Source of the DNA: Spirochaetota bacterium
GTDB lineage: Bacteria > Spirochaetota > UBA4802 > UBA5550
NCBI GenBank assembly: GCA_963664815.2
Contig: CAXXHB010000003.1
Location: forward strand, 2,112,001 to 2,176,000
Length of the DNA stretch: 64,000 nucleotides
Direction of reading: 5' to 3'
Below, in pieces: positions 25,948 through 37,451 of this stretch. Within the stretch, counting starts at the first letter, position 1. Every line of letters begins with the position of its first letter. Position numbers and translations under genes: made by a program. Under the pieces are notes generated by a model that worked only from the letters and a program-made list of their open reading frames with translations, did no database searches and had not been told where the DNA came from.

Positions 25948-27840
25948 CTAAGCTTCAACATCAATTAAATTTTCATCACTTTCGTTTTTAGCGGTTTTCC
26001 CGTTAGCAAGCGCAGGCAGCTCTTCTCCTGCCATTATTTTTTTAATCTCTCCGGCGTCGAGAGTCTCTCTCTCTATCAGATTTTTCGCAAGAGACTCAAA
26101 CTTCTCCTTTCCTTCGAGGAGTTTTTTTCTTGCCTCATCAAGGCAGAATTTTATTATCCCGTCAACCTCCTCGTCAATCAGCTTTGCTGTGGATTCGCTG
26201 AAATCACGGTGCTGGGATATCTCCCTGCCGAGAAAAATCTGTTCCTGTTTCGCCCCGAATGACATAGGTCCAATCCTGTCGCTCATTCCCCATTCGGTAA
26301 CCATTTTTCTTGCGATGTCAGATGCCCTTGCAATGTCATTGCTTGAACCGGTTGTTACCTCTCCGAACTTATATTCCTCCGCGAGGTGGCCGCCGAAAAG
26401 AATCTGTATCTGGTTAAGCCAGTGATTTTTTGAATGAAGATGTTTCTCTTCAGCCGGCAGCTGCATTGTAAGGCCAAGCGCCCTTCCGCGAGGTATAATT
26501 GTAACTTTGTGAATAGGGTCCGAACCGGTCATTATCCCGAGAATAGCATGTCCCGATTCATGGTATGCAATTATCTCTTTTTCGGAGTCGCTTATAAGCA
26601 TAGAGCGCCTTTCGGGCCCCATAAGGACTTTATCCTTCGCCTCCTCCATCTCCTGCATTCCAACCCTTTTCTTGTTCTTTCTGGCTGTAAGCAGTGCACC
26701 TTCATTTACAAGGTTAGCAAGATCGGCTCCGGTAAATCCCGGTGTGCCGCGGGCTATTACCTTAAGATCAACCTCGCGTGAAAGAGGTATTTTCTTTGTA
26801 TGTACTGCAAGTATCTTTTCACGACCCTTTATATCGGGAATGTCAACTACAACCTGTCTGTCAAAACGTCCCGGCCTCAGTAAAGCGGGATCAAGAACAT
26901 CAGGCCTGTTCGTTGCTGCAATAATAATAACACCCTCATTTGTTTCAAATCCGTCCATCTCCACAAGCAGCTGGTTCAGGGTCTGCTCCCTTTCATCATG
27001 CCCCCCTCCGAGACCGGCACCCCTGAGACGGCCTACAGCATCAATTTCATCTATAAATATTATGCATGGCGCACTTTTTTTACCCTGTTCAAAAAGATCC
27101 CTTACCCTGGACGCTCCGACACCTACAAACATCTCAACGAAGTCCGAACCGCTGATTGAAAAAAAAGGTACTCCGGCCTCTCCGGCTATTGCCCTTGCAA
27201 GCAGTGTTTTGCCTGTTCCGGGGGGGCCCACAAGAAGAACACCGGTTGGTATCCTGGCACCTATATTGACAAACTTCTTCGGCTCTTTGAGAAACTCAAC
27301 TATCTCCTTAAGCTCCTCTTTGGCCTCATCCGCACCCGCAACGTCGTTAAAATTAACCTTGTTCTTCAGATCCGGATTAAGCTTTGCCTTGCTTTTACCG
27401 AATGCAAGCGCCTTGTTCCCCGCCCCCTGTATCTGACGGAACATAAGGAACCATATAAATGCGAAGAAGAGAAGCCACGGAAGGAAGTTAAGTATACCTT
27501 TAAGAAGAATCTTGTCATCCTCATCCGATCCCTCAATTGCAACTTTGCTGTCCCTGAGTGTTTTAATGAGATTAGGATCTTCATAAGGAATCAGCGTAAC
27601 GAAATCATACCCGTCACCACTCTGTCTTACATTTTTGTTCTCAGAGCTTTTATATTTACCGGAAATTTTTCTTCCGTTATCAATACGCACTTTAGCAATC
27701 TCATTGTTGGCAGCCTTGTCCAGAAAAACACTATAATCCAGATCAACCTTTTCTGTTCCGGTCTCGTTAATTTTGAAAATAGCCATAACTATAAGCCCGA
27801 TCAGCAGAAAAAAAGCTATCTGTTTTGTTACTTTATTCAT
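25948..27840 (-). CDS. ftsH: ATP-dependent zinc metalloprotease FtsH
   Basis: Two TM helices, [32 protein letters not shown]. Confidence 0.98.
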   Translation of the reverse strand: MNKVTKQIAFFLLIGLIVMAIFKINETGTEKVDLDYSVFLDKAANNEIAKVRIDNGRKISGKYKSSENKNVRQSGDGYDFVTLIPYEDPNLIKTLRDSKVAIEGSDEDDKILLKGILNFLPWLLFFAFIWFLMFRQIQGAGNKALAFGKSKAKLNPDLKNKVNFNDVAGADEAKEELKEIVEFLKEPKKFVNIGARIPTGVLLVGPPGTGKTLLARAIAGEAGVPFFSISGSDFVEMFVGVGASRVRDLFEQGKKSAPCIIFIDEIDAVGRLRGAGLGGGHDEREQTLNQLLVEMDGFETNEGVIIIAATNRPDVLDPALLRPGRFDRQVVVDIPDIKGREKILAVHTKKIPLSREVDLKVIARGTPGFTGADLANLVNEGALLTARKNKKRVGMQEMEEAKDKVLMGPERRSMLISDSEKEIIAYHESGHAILGIMTGSDPIHKVTIIPRGRALGLTMQLPAEEKHLHSKNHWLNQIQILFGGHLAEEYKFGEVTTGSSNDIARASDIARKMVTEWGMSDRIGPMSFGAKQEQIFLGREISQHRDFSESTAKLIDEEVDGIIKFCLDEARKKLLEGKEKFESLAKNLIERETLDAGEIKKIMAGEELPALANGKTAKNESDENLIDVEA

Positions 27841-27993
27841 TCTTTACTCCTGAAATGTCTGTATGAAAATAGACCACAATTAATATATACTTTTTATTTT
27901 CAAGTTTTAAAACATATTTCTATACAAATTTAACATAATAATTATTAAATGCATTTTTTTTAAACCGGACAGAATTGTTTTAATTAAATAAAA

Positions 27994-29409
27994 TCAATAA
28001 TCACGGAAAAAAAAAGCAAGTATCCTTTTGGTATCTTTCCTGATATGGAAGTTACATGATACTCTGTTATTATCTGAATTTACTAAACCTGGAAGATACG
28101 CGGCAATATCCCTATCCGCCACAATCAGCGGTATACTATTTTTCATTTTACTGTCAAGTTTCTTTTCTATCATTAAATCTTTAATTTTTTTTGTTCCCGA
28201 TTCAGTTTTAATACGATCACCCGGCCGCCTGTTTCTTAATTTAACAGTTCCGGACAGATTGTCACCCCGGATAAACACTATATCATCTACTGAGCTGTTC
28301 AGTTTGTAGAATTCATAACTGACAAACCCGGCATGCAGGCTTTTTTTTATCTCCTCCACATTTATGGCAATACTCTCTTCCAGCGGCACCGTATATTCCC
28401 ATTCTGCCATATTATCAGATGAAATATTTCCCGTTGAAATACTTACAATCTTTCTCCCTGACTTTAATCCTTTTTTTATAACAAAATGATCCTTTTCATA
28501 TAAAATCATATTTGATGATTCCGAGTTGTATCTTTTAACGATTTCTTTATGAACAGATGTTTTTATCTTCAGGCCGTACACTTCATACAGTGTACGTGCT
28601 ATGTAGTATTTAACCAGCGGAATGTTTTCATGGAATCCTGTAACATCTATTACTGCCTCATCCCCGTTTTTACTGACAGCACCAGGATGCAGTTCATCTG
28701 CAAGTCTTCCAAGCAGTGACTGATTTTCAGCTGCGTGACCGGAAAGCCTGAAAAGATTCTCCTCCGCATCGGGAAACCTGGTTAAAACTGCAGGAATAAC
28801 AACATTACGGATATAATTTCTCAGATAGGTATTGTCATTATTTGAAAGATCCTCTCTCCATTCAATTTTTTTATTATCAAGAAATGAATAGATTTCACTC
28901 TTCCCGGCGAAAAGTACAGGCCTTATTATATTATCAACATGAGGACTAATCCCTTTAATTCCCGTAATTCCTGTGCCGGAAAATGCCCGCATAAGCACTG
29001 TTTCCGCATTGTCATTCATGTTATGTGCAGTTGCGATTTTGTCATAACAGCCGGTTTCCGAAATTTTTTTCAGGAATGAATACCTGACAGACCTTGCGTG
29101 TTCCTCAAATGAGATATCGCTGCTTTTGTTTCTTTTAAAATCAAAACGTTCAATATGGCATGGAATACCCAGCTCCATGCACCTGTCTTTTACAAAAACT
29201 TCATCAAGGTCTGACTCATCTCCGCGGGTTAAATGGTTAAGGTGAAAGACTCCGACAGCAAAATCTAATTCCCTCCGCAGATTATTCATAAGATGAAGCA
29301 TAAACATCGAATCTTTACCTGCGGAAAGCGAAAGGAGAATTTTTTCTCCCGGGGATATCAGGTTATTATTCAGCACATAATTTCTGAACCTGTTATACAT
29401 GTTATCCAT
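27994..29409 (-). CDS. tilS: tRNA(Ile)-lysidine synthetase
   Basis: SAGKDS PP-loop, TAHN.ND.AET.L, W.ED.SN....RN.IR, R..GD C-domain; lies upstream of ftsH. Confidence 0.93.
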   Translation of the reverse strand: MDNMYNRFRNYVLNNNLISPGEKILLSLSAGKDSMFMLHLMNNLRRELDFAVGVFHLNHLTRGDESDLDEVFVKDRCMELGIPCHIERFDFKRNKSSDISFEEHARSVRYSFLKKISETGCYDKIATAHNMNDNAETVLMRAFSGTGITGIKGISPHVDNIIRPVLFAGKSEIYSFLDNKKIEWREDLSNNDNTYLRNYIRNVVIPAVLTRFPDAEENLFRLSGHAAENQSLLGRLADELHPGAVSKNGDEAVIDVTGFHENIPLVKYYIARTLYEVYGLKIKTSVHKEIVKRYNSESSNMILYEKDHFVIKKGLKSGRKIVSISTGNISSDNMAEWEYTVPLEESIAINVEEIKKSLHAGFVSYEFYKLNSSVDDIVFIRGDNLSGTVKLRNRRPGDRIKTESGTKKIKDLMIEKKLDSKMKNSIPLIVADRDIAAYLPGLVNSDNNRVSCNFHIRKDTKRILAFFFRDY

Positions 29410-29431
29410 ATGCTGCCTGTCAAATGCCTGG

Positions 29432-29914
29432 TCAGATTTTAACTGCTGTAAATATTTCTTCTTCCAGAGAATTCATAATTTTCTCATCTTCGGCCGATCG
29501 TTCATGATCGTAACCGAGAAGATGAAGAATACCATGGATAATAAGGCGTTTTAATTCATCTCCGGTTGTGACTCCGTACTCAACAGCCTGTTCAGATGCT
29601 TTTTCCAGCGATATATATATGTCACCGAGTTCTTCAATACTGTTTTCAACTGCCGGGAACGGGTCATCCCTGTAGGCAAAGCTTATTACATCGGTAGGTT
29701 TATCCTTTCCCCTGTACCCGGAGTTTAAAGTTTTAATATATCCGTTGTCTGTGAGTATCAGGTTTACTGATATACCGTCTGTTTTTGTATGACTGAGGAC
29801 TGCATCTGCAACCGAGTGAAAGAATATTTCATTAAAATTTTCATAAGGCAGGGAAATGCTCCCTTCAGTAAAAATTCCTATATTGCGCATATCAGGAACC
29901 GGCTGATTTTTCAT
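29432..29914 (-). CDS. ybeY: Endoribonuclease YbeY
   Basis: LN..YRGKDKPTDVISF, LGDIYIS, HGILHLLGYDH. Confidence 0.95.
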   Translation of the reverse strand: MKNQPVPDMRNIGIFTEGSISLPYENFNEIFFHSVADAVLSHTKTDGISVNLILTDNGYIKTLNSGYRGKDKPTDVISFAYRDDPFPAVENSIEELGDIYISLEKASEQAVEYGVTTGDELKRLIIHGILHLLGYDHERSAEDEKIMNSLEEEIFTAVKI

Positions 29915-32183
29915 CTCTGATCTCTTTCACACCCTTTTCCAGATCCTTTATTCTTTCACTATCGGGGTATTCTATCCTCGTATGGAATATTCCGAAGAGC
30001 ATGGTCAGAAAAACATTCTGAACTATTTTAAGTTCAACCATTGAAAGACCGGAATCATCAAGATCGCCATCATTAAGTTTATTGTAAATAATCTTTCTGA
30101 CCATACCGGCAATTTTTTCCTGAGTAGGATCTTTTATAGACCTTGACGCGGCCTCTATTGAATCCGCAAGCATTACAACTGCAGTCTCCTTGCTGTGAGG
30201 CTGCGGGCCGGGATACTGGAAATCGTTTCTGTTTACCGATAACGAGGTATCGCCGCTTGCATTTTCGAGGGCCTGATGATAGAAGAAAGTCATCATCGAC
30301 GTTCCATGGTGTTCCCTGATGAAGTCAATGACAGAATCCGGGAGTCCATGCTTCTTCGCCATGATTACCCCTTTGTTGACATGGGAAATTATCAGCCTGG
30401 AATACTCGGTTGGAGTCATCTTCTTGGCCCTGATATCGGATATTCCGTTTTCAATATAAATACCCGGATCATCAATCTTGCCTATGTCATGATAAAAAGC
30501 CCCTACTCTTGCAAGCATGTAGTTGGCATTTATCTCCTTGCATGCAGCCTCCGCTATGGTTGAAACAACAAGTGAATGATTATAGGTTCCCGGTGCGTTA
30601 AGAAGCATTTTTTTGAATATATCGGCATTGAGGTCTGAAAGTTCAAGAAGCTTGAATTTGGTTGTAATGTCGAAAAAATGTTCGTAAATGGGGAAAATCC
30701 CGAGCGCCAGTATCGAATTGAGTATACCACTTGCCACTGCAAGCTCTGAATTTGAAAGGGCTATTTTCCATGGAGTGTTTTCAAGCAGGGCAATTGAAAC
30801 GATTATTATCGAGTTGATCACTCCGAGAATGAGACCCCCCTTAAAAAAGTCTGACCGCTTGTCAACGTGAAGATTTATAAAAGTTCCGATTATCGCCGAA
30901 CTGAAAGAGAGAAAAACACTCTGTGCATCAATGCCCACCACCATGAGTGCAAAGAATATTATATAAAGGGCAACAAAGAGCGACAGGTAAATGTTATAGA
31001 GTATCGAAATCATCATTGTTATAAAAGGTATAGGCATAAGAAGGATATATGACACTTTTGAGAAACCGGCAATCTCGAAATTTTCTGCAAAAAAAACATA
31101 TATCATGAAAAACATTATCAGGGAAAATATTACAATAATACCTTTCCTGTCAGGAAAATAGTAGAGCTCATAACTGAATGAAAAGAAGCTCAGCAGTGCA
31201 AGAAAAATTAGCTGCAGGAGGATTAATCCGAGTATAAAGTTAAGGTGCGATGTTTTCGCAAATCTGTTTATTATTCCGATTTTCTGAAGAACTTCATTGG
31301 TAACCGTATCACCTTCCCGGATTATTGTCTGGCCTTTCTTGAAAAGCCCCGTTACAGGTTTGATCTCTTTCAGCTTCTCATCAATACGCCGCAGAGTCTC
31401 CTCTGAGTCGAATGAAAGATTAGGCCTTAGCTGACTCCTGATTACTGCTGATACCGCCAGAAGTGTCTCCCGAGGAAGAAACGGCGCAACGGAATAACAT
31501 ATATTGAAAAGTCTGATCTTTACATTATGAACTGTCTGAAGGTCATCAATAACAGCGGTAACCTCTTCATCGCCATCGGGGGAATCTCCGCTTCTTATTG
31601 TAACAGCTTTAATATCAAGATTAAGCGGATTTGTATAATCATTATCAAGTACTCCAAGCCCTTTGTAATCATAAATATATATAAGCATCTTTGTAACAGA
31701 GCTTTTAAGCTGTCTCGGATTATCATACTGAAGAAGACTTTTAAGTATTTCATCACTGTAGTTGTGCAGTTTCGGAAGACGTGATTTTAACAGATCAAGC
31801 TGACTGTCAATATCCGGATTTCCCAGAGGCAGCGTATCTTCGCTGGTTCTGATTAAAGCTGAAAAAAGAACATCTACAGACTTTATATTCTCTTCCAGCA
31901 CTGATGTATCTTTATCAAAAACAAGCTTTTCATTCTGAACGGCAATTTTTTTCTGGGATTCTGTCTCGGCATCCTTTATAAAATGTATATCGTGCGGAAC
32001 CCTTATATCTGTTTTTGCGATATCTCCGATACTATATGAAAACGTTTTATCGGTAACTTTATAGGCAAGTATTCCCGTTGAAATGAATATCAGAAGGATG
32101 ATAAAGATATAATATGTGCGTATCTTCTTATCTTTAAAAATCCTGAAAAAATTCTGAAACGATATGTTTTTGATATATCTCAT
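29892..32183 (-). CDS. 7TM-HD phosphohydrolase (PgpH-like)
   Basis: Extracytoplasmic domain, seven TM helices, APGTYNHS, YHDIGK, EHHGT, YPGP.P.SKE..VVMLADS.EAASR; phoH-HD-ybeY synteny. Confidence 0.9.
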   Translation of the reverse strand: MRYIKNISFQNFFRIFKDKKIRTYYIFIILLIFISTGILAYKVTDKTFSYSIGDIAKTDIRVPHDIHFIKDAETESQKKIAVQNEKLVFDKDTSVLEENIKSVDVLFSALIRTSEDTLPLGNPDIDSQLDLLKSRLPKLHNYSDEILKSLLQYDNPRQLKSSVTKMLIYIYDYKGLGVLDNDYTNPLNLDIKAVTIRSGDSPDGDEEVTAVIDDLQTVHNVKIRLFNICYSVAPFLPRETLLAVSAVIRSQLRPNLSFDSEETLRRIDEKLKEIKPVTGLFKKGQTIIREGDTVTNEVLQKIGIINRFAKTSHLNFILGLILLQLIFLALLSFFSFSYELYYFPDRKGIIVIFSLIMFFMIYVFFAENFEIAGFSKVSYILLMPIPFITMMISILYNIYLSLFVALYIIFFALMVVGIDAQSVFLSFSSAIIGTFINLHVDKRSDFFKGGLILGVINSIIIVSIALLENTPWKIALSNSELAVASGILNSILALGIFPIYEHFFDITTKFKLLELSDLNADIFKKMLLNAPGTYNHSLVVSTIAEAACKEINANYMLARVGAFYHDIGKIDDPGIYIENGISDIRAKKMTPTEYSRLIISHVNKGVIMAKKHGLPDSVIDFIREHHGTSMMTFFYHQALENASGDTSLSVNRNDFQYPGPQPHSKETAVVMLADSIEAASRSIKDPTQEKIAGMVRKIIYNKLNDGDLDDSGLSMVELKIVQNVFLTMLFGIFHTRIEYPDSERIKDLEKGVKEIRDEKSAGS

Positions 32184-32314
32184 ATTGATGCTCTGTGCTT
32201 ACACCTTTAATTTGTAAGCGCAGGTATATCTGCGGGAAAATATCAACGGGCTTATGCCCCCTTGACCCTCTGAAAGAATGTGCAATTTTATATTAACTTC
32301 CATAATAAACACTA

Positions 32315-33274
32315 CTAATTATATCCTGCCCTTTCGTAGGCTTCAACTATTTTTTCTACTATAGGGTGTCTTGAAATGTCTTCTCTTGAAAAATTTATAA
32401 ATTCTATCCCGCTGATATTTTTCAGTATCTTCTGACTCTGTATCAGGCCTGAAAACTGCGGTTTTGCAAGATCTATCTGGGTAATATCTCCTGAAATTAC
32501 AAATTTTGAGTTATTCCCCAGCCTGGTGAGAAACATTTTCATCTGCGACAGTGTAGTATTCTGTGCTTCATCCAGAATAATATAGGCATTATTAAGAGTT
32601 CTCCCTCTCATATAGGCAAGCGGGGCAATTTCAATATATCCCTTTTCAATAAGTGAAGTAACGCGTTCAGGAGTTATAAGTTCAAAAAGAGCGTCATAAA
32701 GAGGCCTTAAATAGGGATTAATTTTCTGTATAAGATCTCCCGGCAGAAATCCAAGGTTTTCACCAGCTTCAACTGCGGGTCTTGTCAGAACAATCCTCTC
32801 TATTTTACCCTTCAGAAAATAGTGAATAGCCATTACAACAGCGAGGTAAGTTTTACCAGTTCCGGCAGGCCCAATGCCGAATGTTACAGGTGAGTTATGA
32901 ATGGCATTTAAATATGCCGCCTGGTTAACTGTTCTTGGCACAATGGTTTTACCGGTATCCGGTATGAATATCTTAAGGCGGTTAATCTCTTCAAGCCTGA
33001 ATTTATGGCCGGATTTGATAGTTGAGGTTATATAGCGTATTTCAAAATCATCAAGCTCCTGATTAATATCTTTTTTCATAAGATATTCCGTAAAGGCCTG
33101 AAGCACCTCCAGGCCCATGACGGCATCCGTCTCAGACTGTATAATTACCGTGTTGCCCCTGGGGATCATTGTAACCCCCAGAATCTTTTCAACCTGCAGA
33201 AGATTTTTATCTTTAAAGCCGCACACTCTTTTATACAAAGAAGTGTCATCAACCTCAAAAATTTCGCTGAACAT
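32315..33274 (-). CDS. phoH: PhoH-family ATPase
   Basis: GPAGTGKTYLA, TRPAVEAGE.LGFLPGD, APLAYMRGRT, DEAQN. Confidence 0.93.
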   Translation of the reverse strand: MFSEIFEVDDTSLYKRVCGFKDKNLLQVEKILGVTMIPRGNTVIIQSETDAVMGLEVLQAFTEYLMKKDINQELDDFEIRYITSTIKSGHKFRLEEINRLKIFIPDTGKTIVPRTVNQAAYLNAIHNSPVTFGIGPAGTGKTYLAVVMAIHYFLKGKIERIVLTRPAVEAGENLGFLPGDLIQKINPYLRPLYDALFELITPERVTSLIEKGYIEIAPLAYMRGRTLNNAYIILDEAQNTTLSQMKMFLTRLGNNSKFVISGDITQIDLAKPQFSGLIQSQKILKNISGIEFINFSREDISRHPIVEKIVEAYERAGYN

Positions 33275-35049
33275 TATTTCTTAACAACCCTGATTGAAAG
33301 TTCATCAAGCTGTTCATTTGAAACCTGCGAGGGAGCATCGCTCATAAGGCACTGCCCTTTCTGCGTTTTAGGGAAAGCCATCACCTCGCGTATTGAGTTC
33401 CGTTTAAGAAGAAGCATCATGATCCTGTCAAGTCCAAGAGCAAGGCCTCCGTGTGGAGGCGCACCATATTCAAGCGCATCAAGGAGATATGAAAATTTTA
33501 ATCTCGCCTCCTCATCTGACATGTTAAGTATACTGAATATTTTTGACTGCATTGCGGAATTGTGAATTCTTATTGAACCCCCGCCAATTTCAACACCATT
33601 GAGAACAATATCATATGCCTGAGCCTTGATTTTCCCTGCATTTTCAGGTGTAATATTGTCAAGCAGCGCTTCATGCTCCGGCAGGGGTGAAGTGAACATA
33701 TGGTGAACAGCGTAATATCTCTTATCCTCTTCATGGTATTCTATTAGAGGAAAGTTTTTCACCCATAGAAAATTAAGTTTATCATTATCAATCATATCAA
33801 GATCTCTGGCAATTTTCAGTCTCATGCCTGCCAGAGTTGTATTTACAATCTTTTCCCTGTCCACAGAGAAAAATACAATGGCCGGCTCTTTCAGATTGAA
33901 TCTTTCTGCCAGTTTCAGTTTTTCTTCATCTGTTATGAATTTTGATATACCACCTTCAATTTTACCGTCATTGTACCTGAACATGGGGAAACCCTTTGCC
34001 CCGAATTTCCTGACATAGTCAGAATAATCGTCAGTCATCTTTCGTGAAAGTCTGCCGCCATCCTCAACAGCAATTCCTTTAATAACTCCCTTTGATGAAA
34101 GCGCCGAGGCGAACACGTTAAATGTTGAAGCAGCGAATATATCCGAACAGTCCCTTATCTCAAGCCCGAATCTTGTATCCGGAGCGTCTGTCCCGTATTT
34201 ACTTATTGCCTCATCGTATTCCATAACCGGAAACCTGTATGTTATATCCCTTCCGGTAACCTCTTTAACTCCCTGCTTTACAAGATTCTCAACAATCTCC
34301 ATAATCATATCCGGAGTGATAAATGAAAGCTCAATATCAATCTGTGTAAATTCCGGCTGACGGTCATTACGGAGATCTTCATCTCTGAAGCATTTGACTA
34401 TCTGAAAATACCTGTCAAACCCAGAAACCATCAGTATCTGCTTGAAAATCTGCGGGGATTGGGGAAGAGCATAGAACTCGCCCTTATTGATTCTGCTTGG
34501 TACAAGAAAATCTCTTGCACCTTCAGGCGTTGATTTATTTAAAATAGGAGTTTCTATCTCTATAAAACGGCGTTCAGTAAGATAATTTCTGACAAACTGC
34601 ATAAGCCTGTGCCTTTTAATCATGGCTTCCTTCATATCTTCCCTGCGAAGATCAAGGAATCTGTATTTAAGACGAACCTCTTCATTTATTGAATCCCTTA
34701 TATCAAGTGAAAATGGCGGAACCAGGGATTTGTTTAGTATTTCAATACTGTCTGCAGCTATTTCAATCATACCTGTTGGAATGTTAGGATTAATTGTCTC
34801 TTCTGATCTTTTCCTGACTTTACCTTTAATATTAACAACCCACTCACTTCTTACGCTGTCTGCTGTTGCAGCACTGCTGTTGGATATTGATGAATCAAAT
34901 ACAGCCTGTATTACCCCCGATACATCACGGATTTCAAGGAATATAATACCCCCCAGGTCTCTTTTCCTGTCAACCCAGCCTGATATTGATACTTCACTGC
35001 CGGTATTTTCAATTGTCAGTTCACCGCAGTATGATCTGTCTTTAAACAT
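33274..35049 (-). CDS. aspS: Aspartate-tRNA ligase
   Basis: TPEGARDFLVPSR, ALPQSPQ.FKQ, FRDEDLR.DRQPEFTQ, PPHGG.A.GLDR. Confidence 0.97.
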   Translation of the reverse strand: MFKDRSYCGELTIENTGSEVSISGWVDRKRDLGGIIFLEIRDVSGVIQAVFDSSISNSSAATADSVRSEWVVNIKGKVRKRSEETINPNIPTGMIEIAADSIEILNKSLVPPFSLDIRDSINEEVRLKYRFLDLRREDMKEAMIKRHRLMQFVRNYLTERRFIEIETPILNKSTPEGARDFLVPSRINKGEFYALPQSPQIFKQILMVSGFDRYFQIVKCFRDEDLRNDRQPEFTQIDIELSFITPDMIMEIVENLVKQGVKEVTGRDITYRFPVMEYDEAISKYGTDAPDTRFGLEIRDCSDIFAASTFNVFASALSSKGVIKGIAVEDGGRLSRKMTDDYSDYVRKFGAKGFPMFRYNDGKIEGGISKFITDEEKLKLAERFNLKEPAIVFFSVDREKIVNTTLAGMRLKIARDLDMIDNDKLNFLWVKNFPLIEYHEEDKRYYAVHHMFTSPLPEHEALLDNITPENAGKIKAQAYDIVLNGVEIGGGSIRIHNSAMQSKIFSILNMSDEEARLKFSYLLDALEYGAPPHGGLALGLDRIMMLLLKRNSIREVMAFPKTQKGQCLMSDAPSQVSNEQLDELSIRVVKK

Positions 35050-35428
35050 GGTTCTCCTCTGAAAACTTATAATATATTTATTCCATATCAGCGTACGCTC
35101 AGCGTGTGCCATGAAAGGTAGTGCGGAATCTGCATCTATCATTTCTGCAATATAAAGCGTTGCATTATGAATATGAATAATTTTTTCAGGGAGCTATTTG
35201 TCAAGTCTAAAAAATGGATGTATATAAATACATACAATGTAATGACAATTGCTGAATGTTTTGTAAAATATGATTATTTTACCGGATTGATTTATATGTT
35301 TTGGAAGCGATACAGTTTTTATGAATTGTATATCAGAATTAAATTAATTCATAAATGACATACAATTCATAAAAGTTTAAGCCGGTTTGCAGAAGTTGAC
35401 CCGCAGGTATCAATCCCGGACAGCATGA

Positions 35429-35845
35429 TTATTTAAGCAGTGGCTTTGTTTCTTTCCCGGCATCTGCAAATCTTCTGTTCATATCCTCTCCGAGGGCAAT
35501 AAGTCCGCTGAGCGGTCTTATGAATACTTCAAAATTTATTATCTGGCCATTATCATCAAACTCTATAAGGTCAATCCCTTTTACAGATTTACCGTTTACC
35601 ACGGCGCTGAATTCAAGTGACCAGCTGTTGCCATTATAAAATTCTCTGTGGTATTTAAACTGAGTGAGAACTTCAATTACATTGCTGAGAACAAAAAAGG
35701 CTTCATCCTTTGTAGACTTGGGTTTAAAAACAACAGGGGAATAGAAAGTTATTTTATCTGATATTAATTCATTAAGTATTTTCAGATCCTTCTCAAAAAC
35801 TACTTTATGCCATTTTTCCAGAAGCGCCTTATTCTTTTGATCCAT
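35429..35845 (-). CDS. NTF2/SnoaL-like protein
   Basis: F.SPV...P, F.YHR, LEFSA...GK..KGIDLI.FD..G.I..FEV..RP. Confidence 0.8.
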   Translation of the reverse strand: MDQKNKALLEKWHKVVFEKDLKILNELISDKITFYSPVVFKPKSTKDEAFFVLSNVIEVLTQFKYHREFYNGNSWSLEFSAVVNGKSVKGIDLIEFDDNGQIINFEVFIRPLSGLIALGEDMNRRFADAGKETKPLLK

Positions 35846-36056
35846 TTTTTTCCTCCATTCTTTTTTTTCAGCTAACAAAATACAGTTTTTCTGTCAATTA
35901 TTATTATCTACACCATATTATATTTATTGAATGAATGCTCATTTATTCAGAGTTGAATAATTTCAATTTTAACGGAAGTACCGGCAGCCATTAATCATAA
36001 CATCAGAATAAACATGAATTTTCAATGAGTTCATTGCCCGGAAATTTTATAAAATT

Positions 36057-36135
36057 TAAAGTTCAAATTCAGATATGACATTTGTCCGCCTGAACGCCCT
36101 ATCTGTATTTCACCATTTAACTGTCCGGTCATCAA
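36057..36135 (-). pseudogene. Remnant C-terminus of a histidine-kinase ATPase domain
   Basis: Out of frame across the stop of 36132-37451, the DNA reads LMTGQLNGEIQIGRSGG/TNVISEFEL* with one frameshift. Confidence 0.5.
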
Positions 36136-37451
36136 TCATCCCTGAGACGTTTTCTCTCTTTTTCCATGGCTATTGAATCAAGTGCAAAAGATATATCCTC
36201 ACCAATTTCCTTTAATAATTTCAATTCTTCATCAGTAAAAAACCCGGATTCTGAAGCATACAGATTCAAAGTACCTGCAGGCTTGCCGTTCAGGTTGAAA
36301 GGAACTGCTGCAGATGAATGATAGCCTCTGCTTATTGCCTCATCTCTCCACGGGAGCATACGTGGTTCAGTTTCAATATCATGCGCTATTATAATTCTTC
36401 CTTCTTTTAGTGCAGAACCAGTAGGTCCCTGTCCCGTCAGTTGATTTCCTTTAGTTATGTTTATTCTGTCAAGATACCCGTCTTCAAAACCGGCCCGGGC
36501 TACCGGTTTTATTCTTTCATCATTATCATCGATTAATCCAATCCAGGCCATGCGGAATTTGCCGTAATCAATTGCCACCTGACAGATTTTAACGAAAAGT
36601 TCATCCTGTTCCTTTGCTTTTATAATCACCTGGTTTATCTGGCTCAACGTTGCGTATAAACGTGCCAGGTAACTCAGCTTTTTTTCTGAAAGTCTGCGTT
36701 CCGTGATATCATGATAACAAAGAAGAACACCGTTTATAACAGGATCATCTGTAAGATTTATTGCAGTAAGCTCAATCAGTTTGTACGTGCCATCTTTGCA
36801 TTTATATCTGAATTCAATAATCCTGGGTGAATTGCCATTATTAATAATCGAATAAAATTCATTTTTCAGCCGGTCTGTCTCTTCCGGATGGACTGTAAGT
36901 AAACCGCTGTTTCCAACCAGATCTTCAGGAAGCCATCCGAACCATCTTGCGATATTGGGACTTTTATATCTGATAATTCCATCAGAATCTATTATACCGA
37001 TAACATCAGATATATTTGATATCATCGCTTTCTGCTTTTCTTCACTCGCTATTATCTGTTTGTTGGCATCGAAAAGTTTGAATGCCATTTTGATTGATGC
37101 ATCAAGAACTGTAATTCCTGAATTCTTCACCACATACCCGTAAGATGTTATCTTTTCCGTTCTGGCAACTACTTCCGGTTCTGTATGACTTGATAAAAAT
37201 ACTACCGGTACAATCCGTTCTTTAAGTAAACACACTGCCGTCTCAGTGCCGTCAATATCACTTCCAAGATCTATATCCATCAATACCAGATCAATTCTGT
37301 CATCATTTTTAAATATTTCAATTGCTCTATCCCCGGAATTTGCAATTATGACATTATATCCATACTTCTCAAGTGATTTTTTACCAGCTATCGCTATAAT
37401 TGCCTCATCTTCAACCAGAAGAATTGTTTTCCCGTAATCATTTTTCATCAT
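36132..37451 (-). CDS. REC-PAS-GAF signalling protein lacking an output domain
   Basis: ILLVEDE...LMDIDL...K receiver, PAS (HPE...KDG..DITE), GAF (MAWIG, G.GPTG, SSAAVP...LNLY). Confidence 0.85.
   Translation of the reverse strand: MMKNDYGKTILLVEDEAIIAIAGKKSLEKYGYNVIIANSGDRAIEIFKNDDRIDLVLMDIDLGSDIDGTETAVCLLKERIVPVVFLSSHTEPEVVARTEKITSYGYVVKNSGITVLDASIKMAFKLFDANKQIIASEEKQKAMISNISDVIGIIDSDGIIRYKSPNIARWFGWLPEDLVGNSGLLTVHPEETDRLKNEFYSIINNGNSPRIIEFRYKCKDGTYKLIELTAINLTDDPVINGVLLCYHDITERRLSEKKLSYLARLYATLSQINQVIIKAKEQDELFVKICQVAIDYGKFRMAWIGLIDDNDERIKPVARAGFEDGYLDRINITKGNQLTGQGPTGSALKEGRIIIAHDIETEPRMLPWRDEAISRGYHSSAAVPFNLNGKPAGTLNLYASESGFFTDEELKLLKEIGEDISFALDSIAMEKERKRLRDD

Noticed and set aside
26189-27584. 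Long alternative ORFs over ftsH (e.g. 26672-27436)
   Set aside because: Antisense or alternative-frame shadows of a conserved gene.
29892-29914. 23-bp overlap of the HD gene and ybeY
   Set aside because: Ordinary translational coupling in a conserved operon.
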